Shown piece by piece: positions 25,481 through 37,597 of a stretch of DNA of 64,000 nucleotides (its first letter is position 1; each line of letters begins with the position of its first letter). Made by a program: the position numbers and the translations under genes. The notes under the pieces were generated by a model. That model was not told where the DNA came from, made no database searches, and worked only from the letters and a program-made list of their open reading frames with translations. Source of the DNA: Octopus sinensis (Eukaryota). Where the stretch lies: contig NC_043016.1 in NCBI RefSeq assembly GCF_006345805.1, positions 4,960,001-5,024,000 on the forward strand, in the 5' to 3' direction.

Positions 25481-26655
25481 AAAACTCATTTAATACGATT
25501 ACAAGTTTCCCTAATACTTGTAGGCTTATTCTCAGTCGGCATCTCATGTTGGTTCATATTAAATTGTCCAATGAAAGCCAGTGTGACCCACGTGAGGCGT
25601 AGAAATACTTTCCGTTGCTTGTCTAATTTATAAGACCGAAATTCAAACACCGAATATATTTAGTATAAGATCAGACGGCAGAGAAACACAAAAGAATGTA
25701 GAATTATACATTTAATCAGCTTACGCCTATTTTGGAGAGATAGATACATTTCATAATTCTGCAATTCAGTAATCATGTCATTGCTATTAAATAAAAGTGT
25801 CGTAAGTCCAAAACGTTGCTTTTTCAGAAAACAAAGAAATACTTTCGCCATTCCATTTCTTTTTACCTTAGCAACCGTTTCAGCTGAACAATAATACTCT
25901 GTTGGGTGCATAAAATCGTATCTCCATGCATGTATGATATTTTCAGTTTGAAACATTTTTGCAAAACTGTCGTATGTGGGACTTACTACACTTCTGAAAA
26001 ATGCTAAACCGTTCTACCACACTTTGACAATTTTCATATCTTGGCATCTGAAGCAGCTGGAGATGCGATAATTTGGCCAAAGGAACCGGCTATTGCAAGT
26101 AAAATTAAATATTGAAAAGAGAAAAAACGCATTAGGAGGAATTTGGACATACGACAGTTTAAGATAATATCAACGATGTGTATTAATCGATCCTATATTT
26201 GATCGACTAATATTCTAAGGACATGGATTTATTTAACACCATCTTTATCCTTATCAATGCCTGGGATATAGAACATTTTCTGGAAGATACATAATACTAA
26301 AACTAATAATATCTGATCAATATAAAGAGTAAGAAGGTGTTTCAGAAGACCATTTTAGGTGCTGTATTAATCAGATCCTGATAGAATTGTGATGGGATAA
26401 TTACTTTCTTCCGTCCCATTTGTCAAAATGAAAACTGTTCATGTAAACATTCCTACTTCATTTAAATTATTACTGACCAATTCAAAAACAAAGAGGAAAT
26501 ATTTAAGACCAAGCAGATCAGTAGATATATTATCATTTATATCACTATGTAAATATCATTTGATCAGTATCATTTCTAAATATAAACTATGAGTAGAGAC
26601 AGGTTGCGCTTAAGAAAATTCTAAAGGAAGATGACCGTTAAGCAAAACACAAGTT

Positions 26656-27698
26656 TACGAGTGGTTTTCGCGCTTTCGGGATGGTCACTGGTCACTTGAA
26701 AACTAACGTCGTCCAGGCGATCGTCGACCTTCCGAAGAAATGAAAACATCATAAAAATTCATAGCCTGAGCTTGGAAGACCGTCGCCGAATAATTGACAA
26801 ACTTGTTGATATGACTGGTGTGTCCCGGAGCTCCTGCCAACGAATTTTGAGCGAGGAATTGCGAAGGAAATGAATTGCATCAAAATTTGTGCCTCGCTTG
26901 CTCACGGAAGACCAAAAGTAGTCGCGATTGAATGCGTGTTGGGAACTGAAAGAACAGTTGGAAGTTGATCCGAACCTTTTTTCGAAGGTCATGACTGGTG
27001 ACGAAAGCTGTTGCTATGGCTACAACTCGGAAACGAAGCATCGATCAAGTCCATGGAAGCACTCAATGTCACCACGCCCTTATAAGGGGGCGTCAAGTGA
27101 AGTCCATTGTCAAAACGATTTATTTCATTGATGCGAAAGGAATTGTCCCCTCACAGAATTTATTCCTCCTGGGTCAAACTGTTAACCAGGCATTTTACTT
27201 GACAGTTCTGGAGCGTTTGCGAGACACGGGGGGCAGGGGACGAAGACGCCTCCACCAATGACAATGTGGAGAGTGGTGGACACGGGGGGCAGTAGACGAA
27301 GACGCCTCCACCAATGACAATGTGGAGAGTGGTGGTTTCATCACAACAATGCGCCTGGGCACACCGCCTTGAGTATGAGACATGTTTTTGCCCACCTTAT
27401 TCACCCGATTTTGCTCCCTGCTACTTTTTTTGTTCCCCTCGGATGAAAAAAGTCCTTAAAGGAAAACGTTTTGCAAATGTTGAAGAGATGAAGAAAAGAA
27501 AAAAACGACTGAAGCGTTAAAAGGCATCACTTTGCAAGAGTTCCACGACTGCTTCGAACAGTAGAAAACGTGTCTGGACCGATGTTTCGTTTCAAATGAA
27601 GCATATTTTGAAGACGATAAAAGTGTTAACATATAAAACTAAGTGAATATAATAATGTTGCAAAAATTCCGGTTTCTTTCGGGTACGCACTTCCCTAT
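26656..27698 (+). mobile_element. 5'-truncated mariner element with transposase pseudogene
   Basis: KFVPRLLTEDQK, MTGDES, HNNAP, PPYSPDFAP, KGKRF; right TIR-like AAATTCCGGTTTCTTTCGGGTAC; internal ~52-bp tandem duplication at ~27223-27332. Confidence 0.88.
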
Positions 27699-27699
27699 A

Positions 27700-27945
27700 T
27701 GTGTGATTGTGCTTGTCTGCTACAACCGCTTGAAAACCGTCCTTGGTTTGTTTTCTTCTCCGTAACTTAATGTTTCAGCAAAATTAACCGATAGATACTG
27801 GAGTCGACTTATTCGATTAAACCTTTAAGATAGTGACCTAGCATGGCTGGAGTCCAATGACAAATAATTAAGTGATAAAAGTGATAAAAGTGATAAAAGT
27901 GATAAAAGTGATAAAAGTGATAAAAGTGATAAAAGTGATAATATA
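27700..27945 (+). mobile_element. Diverged SINE A-like 3' half with (GTGATAAAA)n tail
   Basis: ACCGCTTGAAAACCG, ACCGATAG, AGCATGGCTGGAGTCCAATGAC; about 7 copies of a 9-mer. Confidence 0.6.
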
Positions 27946-28379
27946 ATTGATAAGTATATTACATATTATACTCGTGTGTTTGTATGTGTTTGTTTGTATC
28001 TATTCATACAGCCTGTCATCACATATGCCATTTAACTCAAGATGAGGTTTTGATAAGCACTACCACTCTGTGTCAGAGTAGACCTGGGAATAATCGTGAC
28101 TAGGATGCAGTTCCACATTCCTAAAAGCCTTGGATATACCAAACTAGTGTCCAGTACTGGATGCAGAAATACTCTTGACTGGTGCCGGGTTGCGCCATAA
28201 AACCACCTGAAGTGAGAAACTTCTTGTCACAGCATCTTTCTGGGAGACAGTCACTGATGTAGAACCTATGTTTTCATGTGAATACTGGTCGCCTGTCTTC
28301 GGCCTGTCACTAGGTGAAGATCATAGAAATTCAGAGTGATACTCATGTTGTACAAGCGGTTATCACTGTAATCCACGGA

Positions 28380-28760
28380 TGTACAAAATGTCTTTTTGTA
28401 GTGATTTCATTTGTCGTTCTATCCTTTGAATGTCCAAGGACAGTGGAAGAGTAGCAACGTGAACACAATGCAGCAAGTACCAAACCTTAGATTACGGATA
28501 CTTTACAGGGGTCATATAGGGCCCCTGAACTCTTCCAACAGAAATATCTGAGGCACGTTCTGAATGTTGACTGGTCCTTGAAAATTCTACACACAGATGA
28601 TTTGAGAGGAGCCGACGTCCTGAGTATTGAAGCGGTGGTGCACAAGCACTGTGACGTTGGACTGGATACTTTGTTTGGGTGCAGGAACTGAGGATTTCTA
28701 AGCAGATACTCAATCGCGAACATGTCTGTGGAAAGGCCCTCAACAGGAACCAAGCCTAAT
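28380..28760 (+). pseudogene. RTE/BovB-like LINE relic
   Basis: ELFQQKYLRHVLNVDW..ADVLSIEAVVHKH. Confidence 0.65.
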
Positions 28761-28927
28761 ATTTAAAGACTATTTAATGTCCTCGGTGAAAACATGGGAA
28801 ATAAAAGAATTCGACTGATAAAGTAGTGCAATGTTTGTCATCGCCACAAATAGAGGAAGGAATGGGTGTTTTCGAAAAACAACGAATTCTTCATGCAGAA
28901 TTTGTCTGTCTGTCTGCCTGTCTGTCC

Positions 28928-28988
<61 letters not shown>

Positions 28989-29006
28989 CTATCTATCTAT
29001 CTATCT

Positions 29007-29061
<55 letters not shown>

Positions 29062-29172
29062 ATTATATATGTATAGATATAGATATAGATATAGATATAT
29101 ATAAACTAATACACCTGTTTGTTGTTTATACACTTGTGTTCATCTTTTGTTTTTCTATAAATTTCAACTATG

Positions 29173-29211
<39 letters not shown>

Positions 29212-29296
29212 AGAAGAATTGCAGCGTGGAAGGTGTTTATAAGCCATTTAAGAAACACACAAAAACCGTTAGATTCACTTCAACATTTAAATTTAA

Positions 29297-29347
29297 TTTG
29301 TCAAAATATTTTCCTCGCTTTCAGACCGCGACCTCTTCACTGACAAA
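29297..29347 (-). ncRNA. Hammerhead-shaped motif with variant core GUGAAGA
   Basis: TTTGTCA-GTGAAGA-G-GTCGC-loop-GCGAG-GAA-AATATT-T-TGACAAA. Confidence 0.55.
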
Positions 29348-29905
29348 ACTTCGTGCTGCATCTGAGAAAGTAACAGTTAGTTCATCATATATATATGTAC
29401 GTATGTACGAGTGTGTGTATGCATGTATGTATGTATATATGTGTGGATGTATGTATGTGTGTGAACATGTATGTGCATATGCTTGTGTGCATGCCTATAC
29501 ACATGTATGTATGTATGTATGTATGTATGTCTGTATGTATGTATGCATGTATGTATATATGTATGTATGTATGTATTTATGTATGTATGTATGTATGCAT
29601 GTATGCATGCAGGCATGTATGTTTGTATGTATGTATGTATATATGTATGTGTGTATGTGTGTATGTATGTATGTATGTATGTATGTATGTATGTGTGGGT
29701 GTATGTATGTATGTATGTGTGGGTGTGTGTATGTATGTATGTATGTGTGCATATATGTATGTATGTATGTATATATGTATGTATGCATGTATGTATATAT
29801 GTATGTATGTATGTATGTATGCATGTATGCATGCAGGCATGTATGTTTGTATGTATGTATGTACGTATGTATGTATGTATGTATATATGTATGTATGCAT
29901 GTATG

Positions 29906-29939
<34 letters not shown>

Positions 29940-30455
29940 TGTGTGTATGTATGTATGTATGTGTGGGTGTGTGTATGTATGTGTGGGTGTGTGTATGTAT
30001 ATGTGGGTGTGTTTATGTATGTATGTATGTATGTATGTATGTATGTATGTATGTATGTATGTGTGGATGTATGTACGTATGTATGTGTGTGTGCATGTAT
30101 GTATGTATGTATGTGTGGGTGTGTGTATGTATGTGTGGGTGTGTGTATGTATGTATGTATGTATGTATGTATGTATGCATGCATGTATGTATGTATGTAT
30201 GCATGTGCGTATGTATGTGTGTATGTATGTATGTATGTATGTATGTGTGTATGTAAGTGTGTGCATGCATGTGTGCATGCATGTGTGCATGCCTGTACTT
30301 ACGTATGTGAGTATTTAGGAGAGTGTGTAGACGTGTCTGTGTGTGTGTACATGTGTATGTACATGTGAACGTATGTTTATGAAATGATATGTGTCTGTTC
30401 AAATTGTATACATGACTGTTACCTTGTTGAAGGTTGTATATATACACACATATAC

Positions 30456-30521
<66 letters not shown>

Positions 30522-30692
30522 TTGTCCCTCTCACCGCCGTCTAACGGTGAATGGATACAACGTCTTAGATACATATGTGCACATATAACCTTATACATAT
30601 ATACATGTACACACAATCATATAGACGCTTACACATGCTCAAAAATATACGTATAATCATAAAATAAACACAGATACATATACATATATATA

Positions 30693-30723
<31 letters not shown>

Positions 30724-30772
30724 ATAATATATATATATATATATACTTTATTTTAAGCAGCAGAAAATACAA

Positions 30773-30822
30773 CAAAATCTGTTACTCTGAGTTTCTCGTT
30801 GCCGTTCATCAGACAGTTTTTG
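30773..30822 (-). ncRNA. Type I hammerhead motif (probable 3' pLTR of the nested PLE)
   Basis: CTGT-CTGATGA-ACG-GCAA-CGA-GAA-ACTCAGAGT-A-ACAG; GUA site; A.A mismatch at the base of stem II. Confidence 0.7.
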
Positions 30823-31846
30823 CTAGAATGGAACTTATATATCAATTCAATCTATACTCTTACAAACGCTACACCTTTAAAAAGAAATGGACTTGTTTGA
30901 TTGGCCCTTTAGAAAAAACGGTCAATCTTCGAGCGATAAACAAAAAGGTCAAAAATATATGTATATATATATAAAAAACTTATAAAAATTATAAAATCCG
31001 AGGAAAAAACCGAGGAAAACCTATTGCCGTTATGAAGACAGTGCAAATTAATGCATAGAAATTAAACCTGTTATAAATACTGCAATACATATTTATATTA
31101 AAATCTACATATATATATCAACATACACAAAGGATGCGCGTAAACGCCATACATACATATACAGACGTATGAATATGAATCTAAATATACACATAAAAGC
31201 ATGTGTACATATATTCACGCAAACCGTCTCGCACGCAAGCTAAAATTCATCTATGTAGCAATTCTCATATACTGAGCAAGGAGGGGGAACGAAAGAAAGG
31301 GAAAGAGAGAAAAAGGAACGAAGGAGGGGTGGGGAAAAAACTTGTAACGATGTTATTGGCATCTATAGAGACCAGTATACATACACAAGTTTGAATGGAT
31401 ACATATACATACCGTCGTGTATATGTGTGCTTAAGCACAAGCATACTTTCACTTACACATACACAGATATGCATGCTTACAATACATATGCTTTACTATA
31501 CACATACTTATATAAACATTCTAATTTTGACAACATTGCTTTTTTTAAAAAACATTGCTTTTAAAAATGGGTGCATTAATAAAAATATATACGAAAGACA
31601 TATAAAATAAAATATAACATCCTATTTTGGGTCATTTATAAATAATCAAGGTAATATAAAAATCAAGGTAATCCTATGCAATACAATAACATGAAAACAA
31701 AGTTTGTAGGTTTTTCCTAATATATATGTAGAAACATAAGACTTTGCTATACGGATTAATATCCGCGTAGCTTGGAAACAGAATCAAAATCCATAGTAGC
31801 GCTCAAGAGTCAAAATCAAAATCAAAAATCAAAAATACAAAATATA

Positions 31847-32073
31847 GGCGCAATGGCCTAATGGTTAGGGCAGCGGACTCGCGGTCGCAGGATCGCGGTT
31901 TCGATTCTCAGACCGGGCGTTGTGTGTGTTTATTGAGCGAAAACACCTAAAAGCTCTACGAGGCTCCGGCAGGGGGTGGTGATCCCTGCTGTACTCTTTC
32001 ACCACAATGGCGGTGCCCCAGCATGGCCACAGCTCAAGAGCTGAAACTGGAAAAACAAAAACAAAAACAAAAC
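31847..32073 (+). mobile_element. SINE family C with alternative (CR1-type) tail
   Basis: Family C head and body, then GGCGGTGCCCCAGCATGGCCACAGCTCAAGAGCTGAAAC; AAATATA flanks both ends. Confidence 0.88.
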
Positions 32074-32082
32074 AAATATACT

Positions 32083-34225
32083 CTATCCATATGGTATATT
32101 TATATTCGACATTTTAAATTTAGCCGCGTGCCTACATAAGTTCTTAACTCACTTCTTTGATTCAAAGAATTATTGTCTTTGAATAAGATGTGCATTTTTT
32201 CTAATAGGCCAGTCTGCACTTGAAATTATATTTGTAAGCTCCATGCCTGTATGGTGCCGCCCTGTCCAGAATGCTCCATGTCACGTTGAAAGGTGGGGCT
32301 TCCTTTTCTTTTAGTTCCCAGACATTTTTGCTAGGCTGGTTTTCTTCCTATTCTCTGGATATTTAAAAGAATTTTTATGAGAATAAAATCTTGTTTTAAA
32401 TGAATTTTCTGAAGCCCCTGTGTATGTCTTGTATTCCGATGAGCCTTCCACTTGCACCTTGGCTCTATAAACTACTCCTTTCACTAGACATTTCCCTTCT
32501 AACGGACAGGAGCTTTCGTTTTTGAAATTACATTTCTTAATGGGCTCGGCACCATGTCTAATCTCAATTAGCTTCCTATTATGTTGGCTAGTAAGAGGCG
32601 AAATTTCTGCAACAAGAATAGCTAACCTTCAGGGTTCTTCTATTAAATATTCTGTAGAGTTTATGACCCTGCTTAAAATGCTTAGAGACTAATCTCAAAA
32701 ATTCCTTACCTATATTAGTCTTTACGGCCAAATTGAAAGCCGGGTTGAACCACAAAAAACTTTCCTGGTCCTAGTTCTTCGTGCAGCATTATTATTAGCA
32801 TTAAGCTGGTTGAACTGGATCTTCTCCGAGAATCCACTATTCTTTAATGCGCTATCGTAATAAGGTGCAGCATTATGGAATGCTGCCTCGTCCGAAGAAA
32901 TTGAAGATATTCTTCTACCTACATTGCTGACTAAGTTGCTAAGGATAACTGGTGGATGGTTCGAATCTTTGCTAATATACGATAGCTTTTCATTGGGCTT
33001 ACGGAAAGGTTTAAATCTATCCGATCTTACATTAAAATTTACGTCTAAAAAAATCTACACTATTCAGGTTAGCATCTATCGTAATCCGTAAGCCCATCCT
33101 TTGAAAGAAAGCTATAAGGTCCTTCCTAAGTCTATCTGATTCATGGCCGTTTAGATTATGCGTGGCTATAAGGCCGTCATCCCTATATAAACCTGCATCT
33201 ATAAATGGGAATTCTATTTTTAGATTATGGAGAATATAGGCTCCTATGAGCATACATAATATAGGCTCCTATGAGCATACATAATTCAGCCCCATCGGTA
33301 CATCGAAAAGAGAATCCTCAGTCTTCTTAATCCAGGTGGAATCCTCGAAAAAAAGAAGCGATTTCCTCGCATGCATAATAATTTCAATTTCCGAGCTATC
33401 GATGTTGACATACTGCTTGGCGAAGTCCAATGCCCTTAGGAGCACGTCCTAGATATTGACGGGTTAAAAGTCAATAATGTCGAATTGTGTGAAACTACAA
33501 TTATTCTTATAGCTAATACCTTTAAACCACTCTATAACTGACTTACTATTCTTCCAAATTCTCAAGTCTACTTCACTATCTAACTTAACTAAAATACGGT
33601 CCAAAATATTTTTGCTAATAATTCCTATCTCAGTTTTAGCCGGATTTATCAATCTACATTTGGGGTTTCTACTAAAATTGGCTTTATGGTCTTTCAGAGT
33701 AATAAAAGCTGGTCGTGGTGAAAGGTATTCAATCCTATCGCTAATCTTAAGATCGTTAGCTATTCCTCTTGCTTCTAAGTTCACCTCTTTGTATATATTT
33801 GTGTAGTCTTTTTTGTATGTGTCCGTGACACTATTCGAAATCAGGCGTTTATAACGTCCTTATCAAGTGCATATAAGTTCCTTGTCTTGTCAGAATTAAC
33901 GAAGATCTTATTCGAGTCGTTAATCTCCTTAATTTTTTCTCTCATATTTGTCTGCAATTGGTTGGTATATTGCGGAATTTAATTTTCCTAATAAGCTCGA
34001 AAAGGTCTTTCTCGAAGGCTTCTAATTCCGGAATCGGTGGCGGTTTTCTGGGAGATTTAAATCCATATTTGTTTCCTTCTATTTTCTGTTTATTATCAAA
34101 GAAGAAGGCTTTCCATCTCAGTCTTCTAATAAACTCTTCCGTTTTCTCTATAAGACTTTGATATATTGTTTCCGTGCAGGGATAGGTATATTTTTCTGAG
34201 AAAAATCCAGCGGGTAAAGTTCCAT
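32083..34225 (-). pseudogene. Near full-length PLE ORF (RT + C-terminal GIY-YIG), family P2, frameshifted
   Basis: SQKNIPIP..LIEKTEEFIRRLRWKAFFF, FITLKDHK..CRLINPAKTEIG, FDIIDF, GLYRDDGL, SNHPP, CPLEGKCLVKGVVYRA..TYTGASENSFKTRFYSH. Resembles Hydra-clade PLEs (inference). Confidence 0.9.
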
Positions 34226-34581
34226 CTTTTTCAGCTGTTTGTTCTTCCTACTTGTGCAGAGTCGCTCAAACTTTTACAAGGAGCGGATTATACATATATA
34301 TGACACTCTTTTCAAGGAAACGGTTAAAATTCAAACTTGCTTTATTTTATTCTATTTATCCTTTTTTTATTTAATATTTTTTTACATGCATACCTATATA
34401 AGACATATATATATATTTACACATACTCATATGTGCATGCATGTACATCCTTATACATTAACATACACAACACACAACACATATACACATTTATACACAC
34501 ATATACATTTACATATACGTACATACATATCAAACAATGTACGCTCGTACGGTTATATATAACTGCATATATGTATTTTAG

Positions 34582-34815
34582 TACCTATTTCTTTATTACC
34601 TACAAGGGGCTAAACACAGAGTGAACAAACAAGGACAGATATAGGTATTAAGTCGATTACATCGACCCCAATGCGTGACTGATACTTAATTTATCGACCC
34701 CGAAAGGATGAAAAACAAAGTCGAACTCGGCGGAATTTGAACTCACAACGTAACGCAGACGAAATACCGCTAAGCATTTCGCCCGGCGTGCTAACGTTTC
34801 TGCCAGCTCGCCGCC
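34582..34815 (-). mobile_element. SINE family B
   Basis: Full monomer match. Confidence 0.9.
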
Positions 34816-34831
34816 TTCAAAGAAGCTCAAC

Positions 34832-34882
34832 CGTCCCTGGGTGGGCTCGAACCACCAACTTTTCGGTTCACAGCCGAACGCG
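34832..34882 (-). pseudogene. Truncated tRNA-Asn-derived fragment (anticodon mutated to GTG)
   Basis: CGCGTTCGGCTGTGAACCGAAAAGTTGGTGGTTCGAGCCCACCCAGGGACG matches the 3' two-thirds of metazoan tRNA-Asn(GTT) as recalled, about 2 mismatches; no 5' acceptor strand, no CCA. Confidence 0.8.
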
Positions 34883-34917
34883 GGATTACTACATGTAAAA
34901 AAGAGAGAGAGGGGTGG

Positions 34918-36387
34918 CTATAGAATGGTACTCCCGAGTGGAATCTGGATGTTGCCCCATTCGGATTTTCGGTTGAGAGTGGGTTTGTATTCTTGTATAC
35001 AGACAGCTTCCGTGACCTGTCTCAGCATTGCATCAGTGGGATGTGTGGATAAGATGTTTAACTTAAGTCTCCCTAAGGAGCCCTTGTGGCAGTCTACAGC
35101 ATGCTGATAGAGGATGGAGTTTGGTTTCTTTTCAATGTAGTTGTCCAGGTGTTCTTTGAACCTATCATTGATACTCCTAGAAGTCTCACCTATGTATGAC
35201 TCTGGGTTAGTCGCGCAAGCTCCTTCTTGGCACTTAATTTGGTATACAATGCTCTTGGTTTTTCAGTTCACATGTGGGTTTGTAGAACATACTGCACAAT
35301 TATTTTGACATGTGAATCTATCAAATGGATATGATCTACATAATATAGATTTGATAGTCCTACCTGTCTTTTCTACAACCTTGATCTTAAGGCCAGTTGT
35401 GTGCAGGATTTTCTTGAATGCCTTACACAATTCGTTCTTAGGTGTGGCGTCAACAAACATTACACTGTGAAATTTCTTGTTATCATACCAAGTATTGGTT
35501 TTATTTCTTTTGTTGGTGTCTCTCTCTAACATATGCGAGATCTTGTTGCGGTACAGTGGGGCATATACCGTTTCGTCATCACTTAGAATGCGTTCCAATC
35601 TTGTTTTCGCTCCTTTATACACTCTGATTCTGTAATATTGTGTGTATCCGGAGCGTTGCATTCGGAATATGAAGTGCTGGATGTGTTGTTGTCGTTCTTG
35701 TGGTTGGCATAGTGGAGATACATTCCTCATTACTCTAACTAAGTCTGCCACCAGGATGTTGAGCTTGGTAGTACTCGACATCGCTGAGTCATTACGGATT
35801 ACCAGTGGATTAGCCATAGGTTTACAATAGTGTGAGTGGAGTATACAGGGTTTAACAGTTCCGTTAACCATAGTATTTTCCATCCACAGCTCAGTATCTA
35901 GGACAGGTAATCTATTACTGGGGTGTTTAGAGGGGTAGTCCACGGTAACTTTTATACTGCTATGAATAGAGTCAGCTATGTGTTGTATAGCTGTCACCAC
36001 CTGTTCTTCATTTAGTAGAGAGTCTATCTCTGTGCCTGTATTATTATTACATTTCACGACAAGGTTAATGTCGTCAACGTATCGAGAGTACATAGCTAAG
36101 TGGATGTTACGGGTCGCTAGGCACTGTTCAAACTGTCTGTCCCACCATACCACGAAGAGGTTTGCAACATCACCGGTGATCCCTACTCCAATAGCACCGC
36201 CTTTCGTCTGTTTATACAATTTGTTGTTAAACTTAAAAATATGAGTTTTAAGTGTAGTTCTAAGGCTGACACCGATAGCATGTGCGATGGTAGTTCTGAT
36301 GTCGTGTGCATCTGAAGGTGGGTAGTCTGGCTTCATCCAGCCCTGCCAGCGTTCACAGTGGGTCTTGTTGTCGCGTAGACAATGCAT
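34918..36387 (-). pseudogene. PLE reverse transcriptase + GIY-YIG endonuclease (374-aa ORF 35263-36387, then frameshift into EN)
   Basis: LYKQTKGGAIG, RYVDD, LPVLD; CQNNCAVC linker; IVYQIKC..SYIGETSRS, QHAVDCH; stop at 34918-34920. Possibly Nematis clade (inference). Confidence 0.9.
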
Positions 36388-36520
36388 ACATTGTCTGGGA
36401 GATTCTTCTTATAGTAGAGGAAATAGCTAAAAACTTTGGCTGCTATTTCTAAAAGTTCGGTATGTGGTAAGCAAATTTTTTTTGCTGAACCTTAATTATA
36501 TAAAGTAATAATATATATAC

Positions 36521-36560
<40 letters not shown>

Positions 36561-36590
36561 TTATATATATATATACGTATATATATATAC

Positions 36591-36637
<47 letters not shown>

Positions 36638-36639
<2 letters not shown>

Positions 36640-37392
36640 TCAATTTAGGGTAGCAAAAATTCAGTAAAAATTTATCGCTACCAGCGGCCTAATGGAAAAG
36701 AGAAAATAGTCAAAGACTAAATATGTATAAATATAACAATTTAGGAATGGCCTGAACAGGCCATTCGTCCACCAGAAAGAGCAGCCATAACTCCAACCGC
36801 CAAGTAGTGTAATTCGGAAATAAGGTGAAAATTTAAAAACATTTACCCTAATTCATCTTTTATACGATGCATCGTTTCGGTGTCTTTAATGATAGACCAG
36901 CTTAATTAAATTAAATTAAGCTAGTCTACCATAGGTCACACTTCATCAGTAAAAGAAACCTGGGAGAGACGGATATACACGAGGCTACTGTATCAATGCC
37001 TCGGGAATATCTGTCTTAAAATTTTCAAGACCAACGCATTCGCGCCAAACTTATCGGCAGGAAATATAACTGCGGATTCAATCTCAGAATTAGTCAGAAA
37101 ATTATCAATTAATCAATTTAGGGTAGCAAAAATTCAGTAAAAATTTATCGCTACCAGCGCCTAATGGAAAAGAGAAAATAGTCAAAGACTAAATAGGATA
37201 AATATAACAATTTAGGAATGGCCTGAAGCTGGTCTATCATTAAAGACACCGAAACGATGCATCGTATAAAAGATGAATTAGGGTAAATGTTTTTAAATTT
37301 TCACCTTATTTCCGAATTACACTACTTGGCGGTTGGAGTTATGGCTGCTCTTTCTGGTGGACGAATGGCCTGTTCAGGCCATTCCTAAATTG

Positions 37393-37395
<3 letters not shown>
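36638..37395. mobile_element. PLE pLTR cluster with direct and inverted partial copies
   Basis: ~36638-36757 repeated at ~37110-37226; ~36730-36905 inverted at ~37225-37398; flanked by (TA)n. Confidence 0.85.
36856..36956 (-). ncRNA. Type I hammerhead motif with long stem II extension
   Basis: TCTTTTA-CTGATGA-A-GTGT..hairpin..ACAC-C-GAA-ACGATGCATCGT-A-TAAAAGA; perfect 7-bp stem I, 12-nt palindromic stem III, GUA site at 36863. Confidence 0.82.
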
Positions 37396-37425
<30 letters not shown>

Positions 37426-37564
37426 TGTATGTATGTATATATATATACGTATTATATATATATATACATATATATATATGTATGTATGTATATATATATA
37501 TACGTATATATATAATATAATATATATATATATATATATAATATATAAATATGTATATATATAT

Positions 37565-37596
<32 letters not shown>

Positions 37597-37597
<1 letters not shown>

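Larger units (their letters stand above)
29217..36440 (-). mobile_element. Penelope-like element family P1, copy A (5'-truncated RT+EN, microsatellite-rich 3' UTR), interrupted by nested insertions
   Basis: Blocks 29217-29390, 30305-30680, 34400-34583 and 34883-35160 are colinear with 61005-61200, 62390-62760, 62860-63035 and 63050-63305. Confidence 0.8.

Noticed and set aside
34832-34882. Functional tRNA-His(GTG)
   Set aside because: 5' third missing and body is Asn-type; treated as a pseudogene fragment.
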